Below are positions 42,378-56,420 of a stretch of DNA of 64,000 bases, piece by piece; positions within the stretch are counted from its first letter, which is position 1, and each line of letters begins with the position of its first letter. Source of the DNA: Octopus vulgaris (Eukaryota); assembly GCA_951406725.2 (NCBI GenBank), contig OX597828.1:52948001-53012000 (forward strand), written 5' to 3'. A program made the position numbers and the translations under genes. The notes under the pieces were generated by a model that did no database searches, was not told the origin of the DNA, and worked only from the letters and a program-made list of their open reading frames with translations.

Positions 42378-43850
42378 TTTATTATATTACAGGTCGTTTG
42401 CCCAAGAAAATACTCTGCCCTAATCACCATTGTGACAAAATTTTTTCTTAACTGTAAAAGATCATTCAGCATTAAAATGTCACACGTTTTTAGGGATCAA
42501 TAAAATTGATTATCATTGGATGAGATTGCCGGAGGAATCTGTTTAGTGTTGTTTGCATTTTCATATCTCTAATGTGGCTGCTACCCTGGAAAATATTCTG
42601 TCCTAATCACCATTGTGAACAAAGATTTTCTTAACAATAAAAGTTCATTTGGCGGTGAAATGTCACACATTTTTAAAATTCTTTCACTGAGCAAGACTCA
42701 GTTTGACAGAAGAATAAAATCTGTAGAGCATCGAAAAATTTGATATTTTCTAACGTCTCTTCAAGTTGTGAGTTCAGATTCGTTCCCAGATCTCTTTTAT
42801 GATTTCCAAAGTTGATTTAATAAATTAACATTGTACTATGATACAACTTTAATTTTATGTACTGTGGTCATCAAACTCTGAAATAGAAGGCAGTGACTCG
42901 GTTCCAAATACCGGTGATGTAATGCGCTGTTAAGGTTCCGTCCAAATGTACAATGTTTTTATTTAAACATTTATCCAATTGCGTTAATACCGAGAAATAA
43001 AATAATTTATTTATTCATTGTTGTAGTTTAGCTTGGGGAGAATGAAATGATCGAATGATCAAAAGCATTCCAGTTGTGGCCATCACGCCTTGATGTTTGT
43101 GTGTGCATGTATGTGTGTAATATATGCGTATATCTATGTATACGTGCATGTATGTATTTTTATAATAGATAGGTAGATTGATAGATAAATAGATAGATAG
43201 ATGGATTGATGGATGGATAGATATATAGATAGATAGATAAGAAAGTAGATAGATAGATAGATAGAATAATTACAGGAATCAATAAAATGCCGCAGAAACA
43301 GCTGTTAATTTTGAACCTCAATTGTGTTCATATATATATGTATGTATGTATGCATGTACATATATATATGTATATGTATGTATATATATATATATATATA
43401 TATATTAATATATATAACTTGCCGGAAGACACTGAGGCAAATTATATTTTTACCAGGTATATATTTACAAACGTATGTGCGTGTATGTAAATGTGTGTGT
43501 GTGTGTGTATGTATATACATATACGTTGTAGAATATGATTCAAGTTGATTTACTTTGGTATTCTTCGAATTTTATGAAACTTCCTCATTAACTCAAATTT
43601 TTTAGTTCTTTATTGGCTTTTTTTAAATGATTTTGCGTTTTCTGTTAATTAAGATATTCATTATTCTCACTATTTTCCTAATTTTTTGAATTATGGAATA
43701 TGTCTGAAAAACTTTTAAATTTCTTATATATATATATACATACATACATATACAGAGATACGTATACACGATATATTTGTATTTGGAGGATTAGAAATGT
43801 ACGTGTGGATGTTTGTATATTCATGCATGTGTGTGTGTGAGATAGAGAGA

Positions 43851-43883
<33 letters not shown>

Positions 43884-44165
43884 TGTATGTATGTATGTAT
43901 GTATGTATGTATGTATGTATGTATGTGAGAGAAGCAGTGTATGTATGTACATACGTAAATCTATATGTATGCATGGGCGTGTGTGGGTCACACTTGTTGC
44001 TTAGTCCCATATTAACTCTGACTAAACTTTTGAACCTAAGTCCTAAAACATAGCAGTCGTTTCCGACTGGTATTTACCTTTTATTATGCCTTTAAACACA
44101 AATGTATTTAAGACTACATAATCTAATGATTCCTTACATCGATAGGGAATAAATTGAAAGACACC

Positions 44166-44218
<53 letters not shown>

Positions 44219-44219
<1 letters not shown>

Positions 44220-44431
44220 GGCGGCGAACTGACAGAATCGTTAGCACGCCGGGTGAGATGCTTAGGAGCATTTCGTCCGTCTTCCCGTCCCGAGTTCAAA
44301 TTCCGCCGAGGTTGACGTTATCTTTCATCCTTTCAGGGTCGATAACTTGAGTACCAGTGAAATGCTGGGGTCGATGCAATCGACTAGTCCTCTCCCCCAA
44401 AATTTGAGGACTTGTGCCTCCAGTAGAAAGG

Positions 44432-44493
<62 letters not shown>

Positions 44494-44530
44494 CATCATT
44501 ATCATTATTATCATTATTATTATTATTATC

Positions 44531-44595
<65 letters not shown>

Positions 44596-44612
44596 CATCA
44601 TTATCATTATTA

Positions 44613-44651
<39 letters not shown>

Positions 44652-44895
44652 TAATGCGGCGTAGCTCACAGAATCGTTAGCACGCCGAGTGAGATGCTTA
44701 GCAGCATATCGTCCGTCTTCATGTTCCAGGTTCGAATTCCGCCGAGGTCGACTTTGCTTGTCATCCGTTCAGGGTCGATGAAACATTGGGGTCGATGTTA
44801 CTGACTTAACCCGTCCCTACAAATTTCAGGCCTTATGCTTTTAGTAGAAAGGATTGTTATTGCTATTTTTATTATTATCATCATCATCATCATCA

Positions 44896-44929
<34 letters not shown>

Positions 44930-45150
44930 CATTATTATTATTAATATTATTATTATTAGTAGTAGTAGTATTATGGTGTCACCCCAGGCAGGATCGTTAC
45001 CTCATCAAACAAAATTTCTTTTGGCATTTCTTACGGCTTTACGTTCTGAGTTCAAATGCTTCGATAAAATAAGTACCAGTTGAGTACTTTGGTCTATGTA
45101 ATCGACTTTCCTCTTCCTCAAAATTCCTGACACTGTGCCAAAATTACAAA
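44219..45150 (+). mobile_element. Three family A SINE copies (tail ii) embedded in (ATT/ATC)n
   Basis: Copies at ~44219-44431, ~44656-44852 and ~44985-45150. Confidence 0.85.
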
Positions 45151-45629
45151 GAATTACCGTTATTCTTATTTGCAGGAACTAATGGTTAATATGATAAAGT
45201 AGCCGGTTAATTAGCATACAGTGTTTAGTTTATATAAGCTATTTTGAGTTTGGATTAAAAATTTCATTGTTTTTGCTTTTCCGGGTCGATAAAATTAGTA
45301 CCAGTCAAATAATGAGGTCGATTTAATCTACCATATCGCTAAATACGTTATTTATGGCTCGGCGCCAAAACTTTGACGGAATCAATACATTTAGATGTGT
45401 AATATATACCGCTAGATATTAAGCTTGCTCGTTCTTTATCATATCATTTCTCATCAGTTAGGCTGCTAATGAGAAAGGCATGAATACTCCATATTCTTGT
45501 TTGTATAATTTAAGATTTTCGTGACTAAATGGTTTGCAATGTCAACAAGAGATTATATAAATAAGTTAATGTGCAAACAGATGTACAGATACGCATACAA
45601 AGGAACATATGAGCAAACTTATAAACAGG

Positions 45630-45992
45630 CCCACTCCGTGACACCTTGGGCAAGTATCTTCCAATATAGCCTCGGGCCGACCAAAGCCTTGTGAGTGAAT
45701 TTGGTCAACGGAAACTGAAAGAAGCTCGTCATATATATATATATATATAAGCTCGTCATATATATATATAAATATATATAATGTATTTGAGTGTCTGTGT
45801 TTGTTCCCCCACCATCGCTTGACAACCGGTGCTGGTGTTTACCTCCCCGTAACATAGCGGTTCGGCAAAAGAGACCGATAGAATAAGTACTAGGTTTACA
45901 AAGAATAAGTCCTGGGGTAGATTTATTCGACTAAAAGGCAGTGTTCCAGCGTGGCCGCAGTCAAATGACTGAAACAAGTAAAAGAGTAAAAA
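45630..45992 (+). mobile_element. SINE family B, head truncated
   Basis: Matches family B. Confidence 0.9.
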
Positions 45993-46217
45993 CGAATATC
46001 CGTACATATTTATCAATATCTATATATATATATCCATCTATCTGTCTCTCTGTCTACCTATCTATCTATCTCTAAACACACACACTTTCATACATATATG
46101 TGTGTGTGAACTTGTTTGTGTGTATGTATATATATGTATGTATATTATATGTAGGTCCCGGGTTGAGTCGGGGTTAACCACAGTAAATAAGGTACTCAAT
46201 ACATAGCACAGTAAATA

Positions 46218-46302
46218 ATTTATTTTATAGAAGGAGCTTCTACAGGACTAGAACTGTTTCATTCAAATGAAATCATCAGGAAGCTCCTTCTATAAAATAA
46301 AT
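46218..46302 (-). ncRNA. Type I hammerhead ribozyme motif closed by a perfect 23-bp stem I (element 46151-46302)
   Basis: Arms 46218-46240 and 46280-46302 are exact reverse complements; between them the minus strand reads CTGATGA-TTTCATTTGAAT-GAA-ACAG-TTCTAGTC-CTGT-A. Confidence 0.75.
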
Positions 46303-46443
46303 ATATATATTATATGTATATATGTATAGATATGTATATATATGTATATATATATACATATATATATTATATATATATATATCATATATATAATATATCT
46401 ATTATATATATTGTGTATATATATTATTTATATATGTATATTG

Positions 46444-46476
<33 letters not shown>

Positions 46477-46529
46477 TGTATGTATATATATTGTATGTAT
46501 ATATATATTGTATGTATGTATATATATTG

Positions 46530-46565
<36 letters not shown>

Positions 46566-46945
46566 ATGTATAAATATATATATAGAATATGTATAATCGT
46601 ATAATCGGCATATAGTTAAAGTGATTTCTTTTTTTTAAGTCTCTTCTATTATTTGTTGCGTGGCGCTTCTTAAATGCAGGCATAAAACTCTCGGCCCTTG
46701 AGTCCTGTTTTTAATTCTCAACCGATCAAAATAAAATGATTTCCGATTTAAACCGATGACGTTCTGTTTTGAGGAGTGAGACTGAGTCGAAGCCATCGAC
46801 CGCACTTATGTTAGCGTTCTGGGAAGGATTAAATGCTAAGTTAGCCCCGACGAGATTAGATCTCAGGACAGATTTCGTCAGAACAATTAGCACAAAACAA
46901 ATTTTCCGACGCTCTGACGAGTTTGTCAATATACCAACTGGAATG

Positions 46946-47556
46946 AAGGCGACGAGCTGGCAGAACCGTTAGCACGCAGGGTGAAATGCGTATCGGTATT
47001 TCGCCTGCCGTTCCGTTCTGAGTTCAAATTCCGCCGAGGTCGACTTTGCCTTTCATCCTTTCGGGGTCGATAAATTAAGTAACAGTTACGCACTGGGGTC
47101 GATGTAATCGACTTAATCCCTTTGTCTGTCCTTGTCTGTCTCCTCTATGTTTAGCCCCTTGTGGGTAATAAAGAAATAGAAATAGGTATTTCGCCTGCCG
47201 TTACGTTCTGAGTTCAAATTCCGCCGAGGTCTACTTTGCCTTTCAACCTTTCGGGGTCGATAAATTAAGTAACAGTTACGCACTGGAGTCGATGTAATCG
47301 ACTTAATCCCTTTGTCTGTCCCCTCTATGCTTAGCCCCTTGTGGGCAATAAAGAAATAAGTAACGTTAGCACGCCGGGCGAAATGCTTAGCAGCATTTTG
47401 TCTGTCTTTATGTTCTGAGTTCAAATTCTGCCGAGGTCGACTTTGCCTTTCATCCTTTCGGGGTCGATAAATTAAGTACCAGTTGCGTACTGGGGTCGAT
47501 CTAATCGACTGGCCCCCTTCCCCAAAATTTAGGGCCTTGTACCTAGATTAGAAAAG
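46946..47556 (+). mobile_element. Trimeric family A SINE composite inside one 18-bp TSD
   Basis: AATATACCAACTGGAATG at 46928-46945 and 47557-47574; three core units between them. Confidence 0.92.
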
Positions 47557-48237
47557 AATATACCAACTGGAATGTTTATTCCTAATTTAGGCACAAGACA
47601 AGTAATTTTTGTGGAAAATTAGCCGACTCATGTGACACCAGTAATTGACATGTGCTTTAATTTATCATTATCGGGAGGATTAAAAGCAAAGATAACCTGG
47701 ACGGGAACGAATACCGCAAGGCATTCATACCGTGACTCTGACATAAGCCCAAGGCCAGTAATATGTTTAAGGAAAGGGCTCTTAAAAGAGGTCAAGTCAG
47801 TTATACCGATCCCCAAAATTGGTTGTGACGTCATTTTATAGACTTCGGAGTCATGAAAGGTAAAGATCATCTCCGTGGGATTTTGAACTCAGAATGTTAA
47901 CAAAATACTACAAGGTATTTTGTTGCATACCCTAATGACTCTACCATACATTACCCAAAATGATAAAAATAATAATTTTCTTAATTGGCCTCAACGCCAG
48001 CAAGATAGTGGGGAAGGAGTGAATCGATTACGTTGACCCTAGTGATCAACTGGTACTTAGGTACTTATTTTATCGACACCGGAAGGATGACAGGTGGAAT
48101 TTAAACACAGAGTATAAAGATCAAATGAAATGCCACTAATCATTTTACCCGACGTGCTAAACGATTCAGCCAGCTCACCGTCTTCTCTAATAATAATAAT
48201 AATAATAATAATAATAGTAATAATAATAATAATAATA

Positions 48238-48640
48238 GTCCTTTCTACTATAGGCACAAGGCCTGAAATTTTAGAGGGAGAAGGGACAAGTTGATCACGT
48301 CGACTCCAGTGTTTCACTGGTACTCATTTATTGTTCCCCGAAAGGACGAAAGGCAAAGTCGATCCCGGCGGAATTCGATCTCAGAACGTAACGGGCAGAC
48401 GAAATACCTACTTCTTTACTACCCACAAGAGGCTAAACACAGAGGAGACAAACAAGGACAGACATAGGTATTAAGTCGATTACAACGACCCCAGTACGTA
48501 ACTGGTACTTAATTTATCGACCCCGAAAGGATGAAAGGCAAAGTCGACCTCGGCGGAATTTGAACTCAGAACGTAACGGCGGATGAAATACGGCTACGCA
48601 TTTCATCCGGCGTGCTTACGACTCTGCCAGCTCGCCGCCT
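48238..48640 (-). mobile_element. Dimeric family A SINE; further decayed minus-strand copies at 47590-48180
   Basis: Reverse complement: full tail-i unit then head-truncated tail-ii unit. Confidence 0.9.
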
Positions 48641-48962
48641 AATAATAATAATAATAATAATAATAATGATGATGATGATGATGACGATAATAATAATTTT
48701 ATGAAGCACAAACGTTTATATTAAAAGAAGGTTAATATTTCAAACGCTTTACTACTTTATTTTACGTCATTCTTAGCAAAAATTATCATCGTCGTAAAAA
48801 CGTAAAAAAAATAATCGAACCCACTAAGATTTGAAACCGTGTTGCTATGTCTTAACACCGGAACCATAAAGTCTTCTATTGCACAACTATTTAATCTATC
48901 TAACCTGAACAAGTTAACCTTCTAAACAGATGCCTTTGAGTTTTTACACCTCCGCCTCTCAC

Positions 48963-49031
48963 TTTATCAACATGGCAGCCCCTTAACAATGCTGCATCTG
49001 TCTCGATCTGCTCAACGTGAACTGACAAATC
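48963..49031 (-). CDS. Candidate internal coding exon DLSVHVEQIETDAALLRGCHVDK (69 nt, phase 0-0)
   Basis: Acceptor CTTTCTCTATACAG|, donor AAA|GTGAGA, only frame 0 is open, non-repetitive composition. Confidence 0.65.
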
Positions 49032-49138
49032 CTGTATAGAGAAAGATCTACCGCATCCGTAATTGCAGCAAGTTTTCTGTTTGGCTGATTGCCTGCATGT
49101 CTCCCTTTCTTTTCTCCCCCTCTCTCGCACCCTATGTA

Positions 49139-49186
<48 letters not shown>

Positions 49187-49847
49187 TTACAGATATAGGG
49201 TGAAAGATAATTAATTTAATAAAATCAACAAATTTCACCTAGTAGTTTTTCGGTATGGAAAAGGACCATATTCGGTAAAAAACTTATACAAAAGTTTTTT
49301 GTTTTTTTCATATATAATTATAAGAATAAGGGTTTAGCAACAAGTTGCTTGACCACATACCGAAAAGTTTAGAAATAGCAGCCAAAAGACTACTACTTCC
49401 TTTTCCTACAAAAATATGTCTCCACAGACAACAATATTTGTAATTCACACATGGCAAAAAAGAAGAAAAATAATGAAATCAATATATTTATATATATATA
49501 TATAATGAGAAGTTGTAGATTCTGAAATATTTTGCTCACTGAGTTTCACGTTACCGATTGTTAAAACGATTTTGAATAGTCAAACAATCGGTTCCGTGAA
49601 ACTCAGATAAACGATTCATAAGGTTCCAACACTTAATAAAACATAGTCGCTCTGTTTTAAGCATTGAGCACTTCTTTCCTTCTTTATTAATATAAACTTA
49701 TACCAATGGACACATTTGTGTCAGTATCTGTCCGCGTAAATACACACACACACGCACATATATATATATATCCTAAACACATACTGCGTAGGCACTCACT
49801 CAGACGCACCACTGACTACATATGTAATATATGTATATGTATATTAG

Positions 49848-49882
<35 letters not shown>

Positions 49883-50360
49883 ATACTGTGGGTCTATGTT
49901 TATTTATGTTACGCATCTAATTTTCCAGTTGCTTTACTTTCACTTTCACTTATGAATTCTATTTTTCATCTCTTAGATAAAAAGGCATGAATGTCATTTC
50001 ATCCGCTCTACACCTATTCTTTCGTGCACCATTCATTTATACATTAATATCAATACCTTTTCCATTTGTCCATAAACTGCGACAGCTTCTACATAGGGTC
50101 CCTTAATTACCTATAGCTACCTATACGTCCCGAAATATAATTTAAGGTATCTCTTCTTATCTAGAAAGTAAGTATACCCTGTATACCTACATTAATATCC
50201 GTTATAATAATATTTGAAAAATCGTATCCCTTTTCACACCTTACATCTATACTCCAGAATATCTGCTTTTACATAGGTATCTTGTTAAGTAAAACAATTG
50301 AGATAGTTTGTATCTGTTTTAATTACTGATACAATATATATATATATATGTATGTATGTA

Positions 50361-50433
<73 letters not shown>

Positions 50434-50548
50434 TAACAAACTGAGATGAAAAGTGATTAAGAGTTCATACAAATCAAAAATTATAGTTAAAAAAATGTAA
50501 ATAAAGTTGGAAGAGGCACAAAAGTATGTTTTAGAGAATGTTTAATAA

Positions 50549-50587
50549 AATATAACCGGTTTCGATGTATCCATCTTATCATATATT
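50549..50587 (-). ncRNA. Minimal hammerhead-like motif with A8 core variant; inverted partial copy at 50711-50739
   Basis: Minus strand AATAT-ATGATAA-GATG-GATA-CATC-GAAACCGGT-T-ATATT; the second copy has core TTGATAA. Confidence 0.55.
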
Positions 50588-51682
50588 AGAAATGTTAGAA
50601 ATAATTGTTAAGGGAGTCAGAACTCAGATATGGGCACAAACTGTTAAACACCACAAAAAATTATAATTATTAATTTTTTTTTTTTACCTCTGAGTCCCCA
50701 CAAAAGATTCTTTCTAACATTTGATAAGATGGATACGTCCCGCCAACATTGCTCGGCAACCGATGCTGGTGTGTTTACGTCCCCGTAACTTAGCGACTCG
50801 GCAAAAAACATTGATAGAATAAGTCATAGGCTTACAAGGAGTAAGTTCTGGGGTCCATTTGCTCGACTAAAGGTGGTGCTCCAGCATGACCTCAGTCAAA
50901 TGACCGAACCAAAATAATTCTCTTTAATATACTCCTCTGCCTTTTCTAATTTTTTTTTAAACTTTAATTAACAATATATATATATATATAATATATATAA
51001 CGTATGTTTCTCGAACTTTCATCTACACCGTGCGTTACAGTTTTATATCAATACATTACATAAGTTTAATGTGTAAATTAGTAAAAGGTCTCATATCTAT
51101 ATATGTTATGTTATATGATATATCTGTTATATTTTCTGTCAATATTATGACTGTTGCACTGTTACATATAAAAAGGCTTTTTATGTGAATATGCAGACGT
51201 TGAGTACCCTATGTATTGTAAGCCGTGTGTATATATATATATATATATAGATAGATAGATATATTTCAGTTTTATTTAAACATTGGGGAGATATTAAGGT
51301 AGATACTTTATATCTTAACCGTTTTAAGGTTATATGTAATATATCTAATCAATGTTATCTAATTTATGGAGATGGCATATTTTTACTGATAACTAACACT
51401 CCGTGGCATCTGAGTTCGAGCTTCACAGCAAGCACATTGAGTCAATACTGAGCCATTGTACTGAGCCAACCCAATGATTATCAACTAAAATTATGATTAT
51501 ATTAGTATGAGAGAAAACCAATCTATATTATTACTAGAGCTACTAGAAACAGGCTGTTACTTTTCATAGGTTCACATCCAAGTGTCAAGATATGAGAAAT
51601 TATATATATATCTCATCTGCTTTACACAAGACTACTGGATCTATAATTATTCGCAAAATGTATATTAGATGTGCCCGAGTGA

Positions 51683-51833
<151 letters not shown>

Positions 51834-51840
51834 ATCTGTC

Positions 51841-51897
<57 letters not shown>

Positions 51898-51900
<3 letters not shown>

Positions 51901-52058
51901 CACAGGAGTGGCTGTGTGGTAAGTAGCCTGCCTACCAACTACATGGTTCCGAGTTCAGTCCCACTGTGTGGCACCTTGGGCAAGTGCCTTCTACTATAGC
52001 CTCAGGCCGAGCAAAGCCTTGTGAGTGAATCTGGTAAACGGAAACTGAAAGAAGCCCG

Positions 52059-52125
<67 letters not shown>

Positions 52126-52369
52126 TGTATGTATGTATGTATGTATGTATCTGTGTGTGTGTATATGTTTGTGTGTCTGTGCTTGTCCTCCAACATCGCT
52201 TGACAACTGGTGTGTTTACGTCCCCGTAATTTAGCGGTTCGGCAAAAGTGACCGATAGAATAAGTACAAGGCTTACAAAGAATAAGACCAGGTGCCGATT
52301 TGATCGACTAAAGGCGGTGCTCTAGCATGGCCGCAGTCAAATGGCTGAAACAATTAAAAGAATAAAAGA
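51898..52369 (+). mobile_element. Full-length SINE family B
   Basis: Complete head, expanded internal (TA)(TATG)n, tail. Confidence 0.92.
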
Positions 52370-52401
52370 ACATATATATATATATATGCACAATGTATAT
52401 G

Positions 52402-52432
<31 letters not shown>

Positions 52433-52944
52433 AATGTATATCTAGCCATATGTGCAAATATGATATGTGTGTGTATAATAATATGTTCTATATATTTTAC
52501 TTGCTAAAGTTTAAAGATAGAATATTCACATGCGTATCACACACACACTCACACACGCGCGCACACACAAAAATGTATCACTCGGTGCTGTCACTCACTT
52601 CAATGCAACTTCCAGGAAGCTAACCTTTATGTCAACAACGACGCAATATATAAGATGACGGGGTGTAGCGTGTGCTTTAGTAATGGTGCTCCGGGCCAAA
52701 TCTTATTGAGGAAGTCCTTTCCAGCCACGACCATTCGTTCATTTTTGTATACAGAGGACTGGACGACGTTATCCAATAAAACTTGTAGATTTAGCCACTT
52801 TTCGAGAAAGATTCGATTCGTCTGTTGTTTCCGAGTAATTCAAGTAAAAACGAGTATCAGTTTCGAGTGGTGTATATTGCATGCATTCCTTCGCACACCT
52901 ACCAACACACTTGTGTTTGCATATGCATGTAAACATATGAATCA

Positions 52945-53225
52945 GGTTCAGTCCCACCGCGTGGCACCTTGGGCAATTGTCTTCCACTATAGTCTCTAGC
53001 CGACCAAAAACTTGTACCCATCGTACATATATACATATATGAAGGGGGGGATCCCCCCTCCCAAGCGATGTTGGTGTGTTTACGCACTCGTAAATTAACG
53101 GTTCGGCAAAAGCGACCGATACAATGAGTACTGGGCTTGCAAAGAATAAGCCCTAGGGTGTTTTCTTCGACTAAAGTTGGTGCTCCAGCATGGCCGCAGT
53201 CAAATGACTAAACAAGTAAAGGAAT
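52945..53225 (+). mobile_element. Degenerate SINE family B
   Basis: Matches family B from the B-box onward. Confidence 0.8.
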
Positions 53226-53259
53226 AGAAGAAATGTATATATGTATGTGCGTGTGTATG

Positions 53260-53306
<47 letters not shown>

Positions 53307-54119
53307 CAAAGTAAAGTTTCATATATATATATGTGTGTTTGTGTGAGCTTGTATACGTATATATTTACATATATAAACATATATACATATATATATTATG
53401 TGTGTGTATATAGATGTATGTTTGTGTGTGTATATATATAAATGAAAACAGTGTGTTGGAAAACCTCTTTGGCATTATTTAGTCACCATTACACATGTTT
53501 CACTTGCTAATAGGAATTACTAAATTGTACACATGGGATAAATATGTGGGAAATTTCCTTCAAGAAATTCTTCAGACAGGGAATCATAATTACTCGTTAA
53601 AGAATATTCCCAGAATATTCATTTCTAGAGTGTATTTCACTCTTAATATAACAATTACAAACAGAATTGGAATTGGAATATGGAGATATGCATTTAGAGA
53701 ATACAGCTTCGATTTTAACCATAACTATGTACAGTTGTATTTATATATATGTATGTACGTGCTATATATATATATATATGAACGTATGTTATACACACGC
53801 ACAAACATGTATATATATATATATATGTCTGTGTATAAATATATATGTATGTATTCTTATATACATATATGTCTATACATATAACATATATATGTATATA
53901 TTCTTATATACATATATGTCTATACATATGTAACATATATATATATATATATATATATAAATACGTGTACATATGTATCTATTTTTTACGTACATATATA
54001 TGTACGCAAGTATTTATATACACACATTCTTTTATTCTTTTACTCGTTTCAGCCATGTGGCTGTGGTCATGCTAGAGCACCAACGTCTGTATGTACATAT
54101 GTGTGTGTATGCGTGGACA

Positions 54120-54178
<59 letters not shown>

Positions 54179-54276
54179 ATACGTTTATATGTATGTGTGT
54201 GTATACGTTTATATGTATACGTGTGTACATTTATCTATATATATGTGTATATATATATGCATGTATATGTATTTAT

Positions 54277-54310
<34 letters not shown>

Positions 54311-54356
54311 TTATATATACATATGTATGTGTACATACATGTGAGTATGGATATAG

Positions 54357-54398
<42 letters not shown>

Positions 54399-54691
54399 AA
54401 AGATAGATAGACCGATAGATAGATAGATTATTTATCTATAAAATGAATTCTGCTCATAAATTTTGACATATCATAATTCTTCAAAGGATCATCAGTGCAG
54501 TTGATGCGAATTTTTGAGGCTTCTCATTTGCAAAGTTTTAATATTTCATCATTGAACACAATGTCCATTATTTTTACGTTAGGAAATTTAACAGCAGTCG
54601 TAGCGTATGACGTAAGAGAAATATAACGGTGGCTGTATTGACAAGAACGGTTCATGACGGCATTGTTAATATTAGTACAAGGCTGCTGCTG

Positions 54692-54756
<65 letters not shown>

Positions 54757-54767
54757 GCTACCAATGA

Positions 54768-54985
54768 TCCTTTCTATTATAGGCACAAGGCCTGAAATTT
54801 GGGTCAGGGGACTAGTCGGTTATATCGACCCAAGTGTTTCACTGGTACTTAATTTATCGACCCCTGCCAAAGGATTTAAAAGGCAAAATTGACCTCTACG
54901 GAATTTGAACTCAGAACGTAAGGACGGATGAAATGCTGCTAAGCATTTTGGCCGGCGTGCTAATGATACTGCCAGCTCGTGGCCT

Positions 54986-55023
<38 letters not shown>

Positions 55024-55445
55024 ATAATAGTAATAACATAATAAGAAATAAGAATATTTTCTAAAATATGTTTTTTAGGGGAAGGGTCTAGTTGACTACA
55101 TCAACCCCTGCGCGCAGTTGATACATATTTCATTGACCTCCAAAAGGATTGATATACGTACCAGGTGAACCCTAGGGTTGATGTAATCGACTAACCTCCT
55201 CCTCCAAAATTGCAGGCCTTGTGCTTATTAGTAGAAAATATTGTTGTGATTATGATTATTAAGTCGGCGAGCGGACAGTCTCGTCAGCATGTCGGTCAAA
55301 ATGCTCAACAGCTTTTCGTCCCTCTTTGCGTTCTCGATTTTACTTTTCAACCTTTTTGGGATCGATGAAATAAGTAACAGTACGGGGTTCGATGTAATCG
55401 ATTCCCACTTCCTTAAATAGTGCTGGTCTTCCGCCTAAGTTTGAA
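54768..55445. mobile_element. Family A SINE cluster (54768-54985 minus; decayed copies to 55445)
   Basis: Family A core; first copy sits in (CTA)n. Confidence 0.8.
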
Positions 55446-55994
55446 ATCATCATTATTATCATTATATTAAACATAAGAACAAACCATTTTCAGGTGCAAA
55501 AAAAAAGGTTGACTTTCATACTTTGATAAACATATTTTATTGACCCCAATACAATGATAAATTAATTCGACTAAAATAGGGTAGTAAGTAAAAATACCTC
55601 GACATCTTACTCTGTTGCACAAGGTTTTCTTAAGAAAACTTTAATATATGGCGTTTCACGTTACTAGGACCACGGTTTAATATTTAGAATAACACGCCAT
55701 ATTTATTTTTTCTCTATTTTCAATTAAATTTACCCCCACAAACACACACACGTGCACAATTTATGCTTGTATATGTTAGGCAGTTACAGTACCAACCCCA
55801 GTTACTAGCGCTTCTCGGAGGTCATCTTCCCTTCAAGTATAGGAAATCTATATTCTAAAAAACTTTTAATTTTAATGATATTTGGAAATATATACCTGTC
55901 CAGTATATCTGTGCACAATCGCTAACTTTGATAGAAATTGTTCTCAGTCGTCTCAACAAAACAGGGTACTTAGGCAATACAGTGCCTGATGTAC

Positions 55995-56048
55995 CTGGTC
56001 ATGGGGTGGAAGGTAGTGTTGATCATTGGGGTGTTCACTCAGGGTGGA
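55995..56048 (-). CDS. Candidate internal coding exon STLSEHPNDQHYLPPHDQ (54 nt, phase 0-0)
   Basis: ~60-nt U-rich tract ending CTGTCTGAAG|, donor CAG|GTACAT, only frame 0 is open; phase compatible with 48963-49031. Confidence 0.55.
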
Positions 56049-56224
56049 CTTCAGACAGAGCAAAAACAAATACAACAAAAACAAAAGCAAAAGAAACAAA
56101 AGCACAAACAAACTCCCACACTCACATACCTAAGTTCAGGTTTGCTATGAGTTAAGAGTGCTAGCCTTAGGCAGTTCTTACGCTTTGCTGGTTGCACTCC
56201 TGTACAAATATGCATATATACATG

Positions 56225-56268
<44 letters not shown>

Positions 56269-56371
56269 CCTTGGCTGTAATTGGACCAATCGAAATAGAT
56301 TGCTATCAGATGTAGTACTCAGCATGACTGAAGAGTTTCATATTTTTTTTCTTTAATCTGCACTCACAAAT

Positions 56372-56420
<49 letters not shown>

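Noticed and set aside
46946-47556. Regularly spaced repeats resembling a CRISPR array
   Set aside because: Units are ~180-230 bp SINE copies with no unique spacers and no cas genes.
49240-49280. Minus-strand CCGAATA...CCGAAA possible hammerhead
   Set aside because: Too many core deviations and no stem III.
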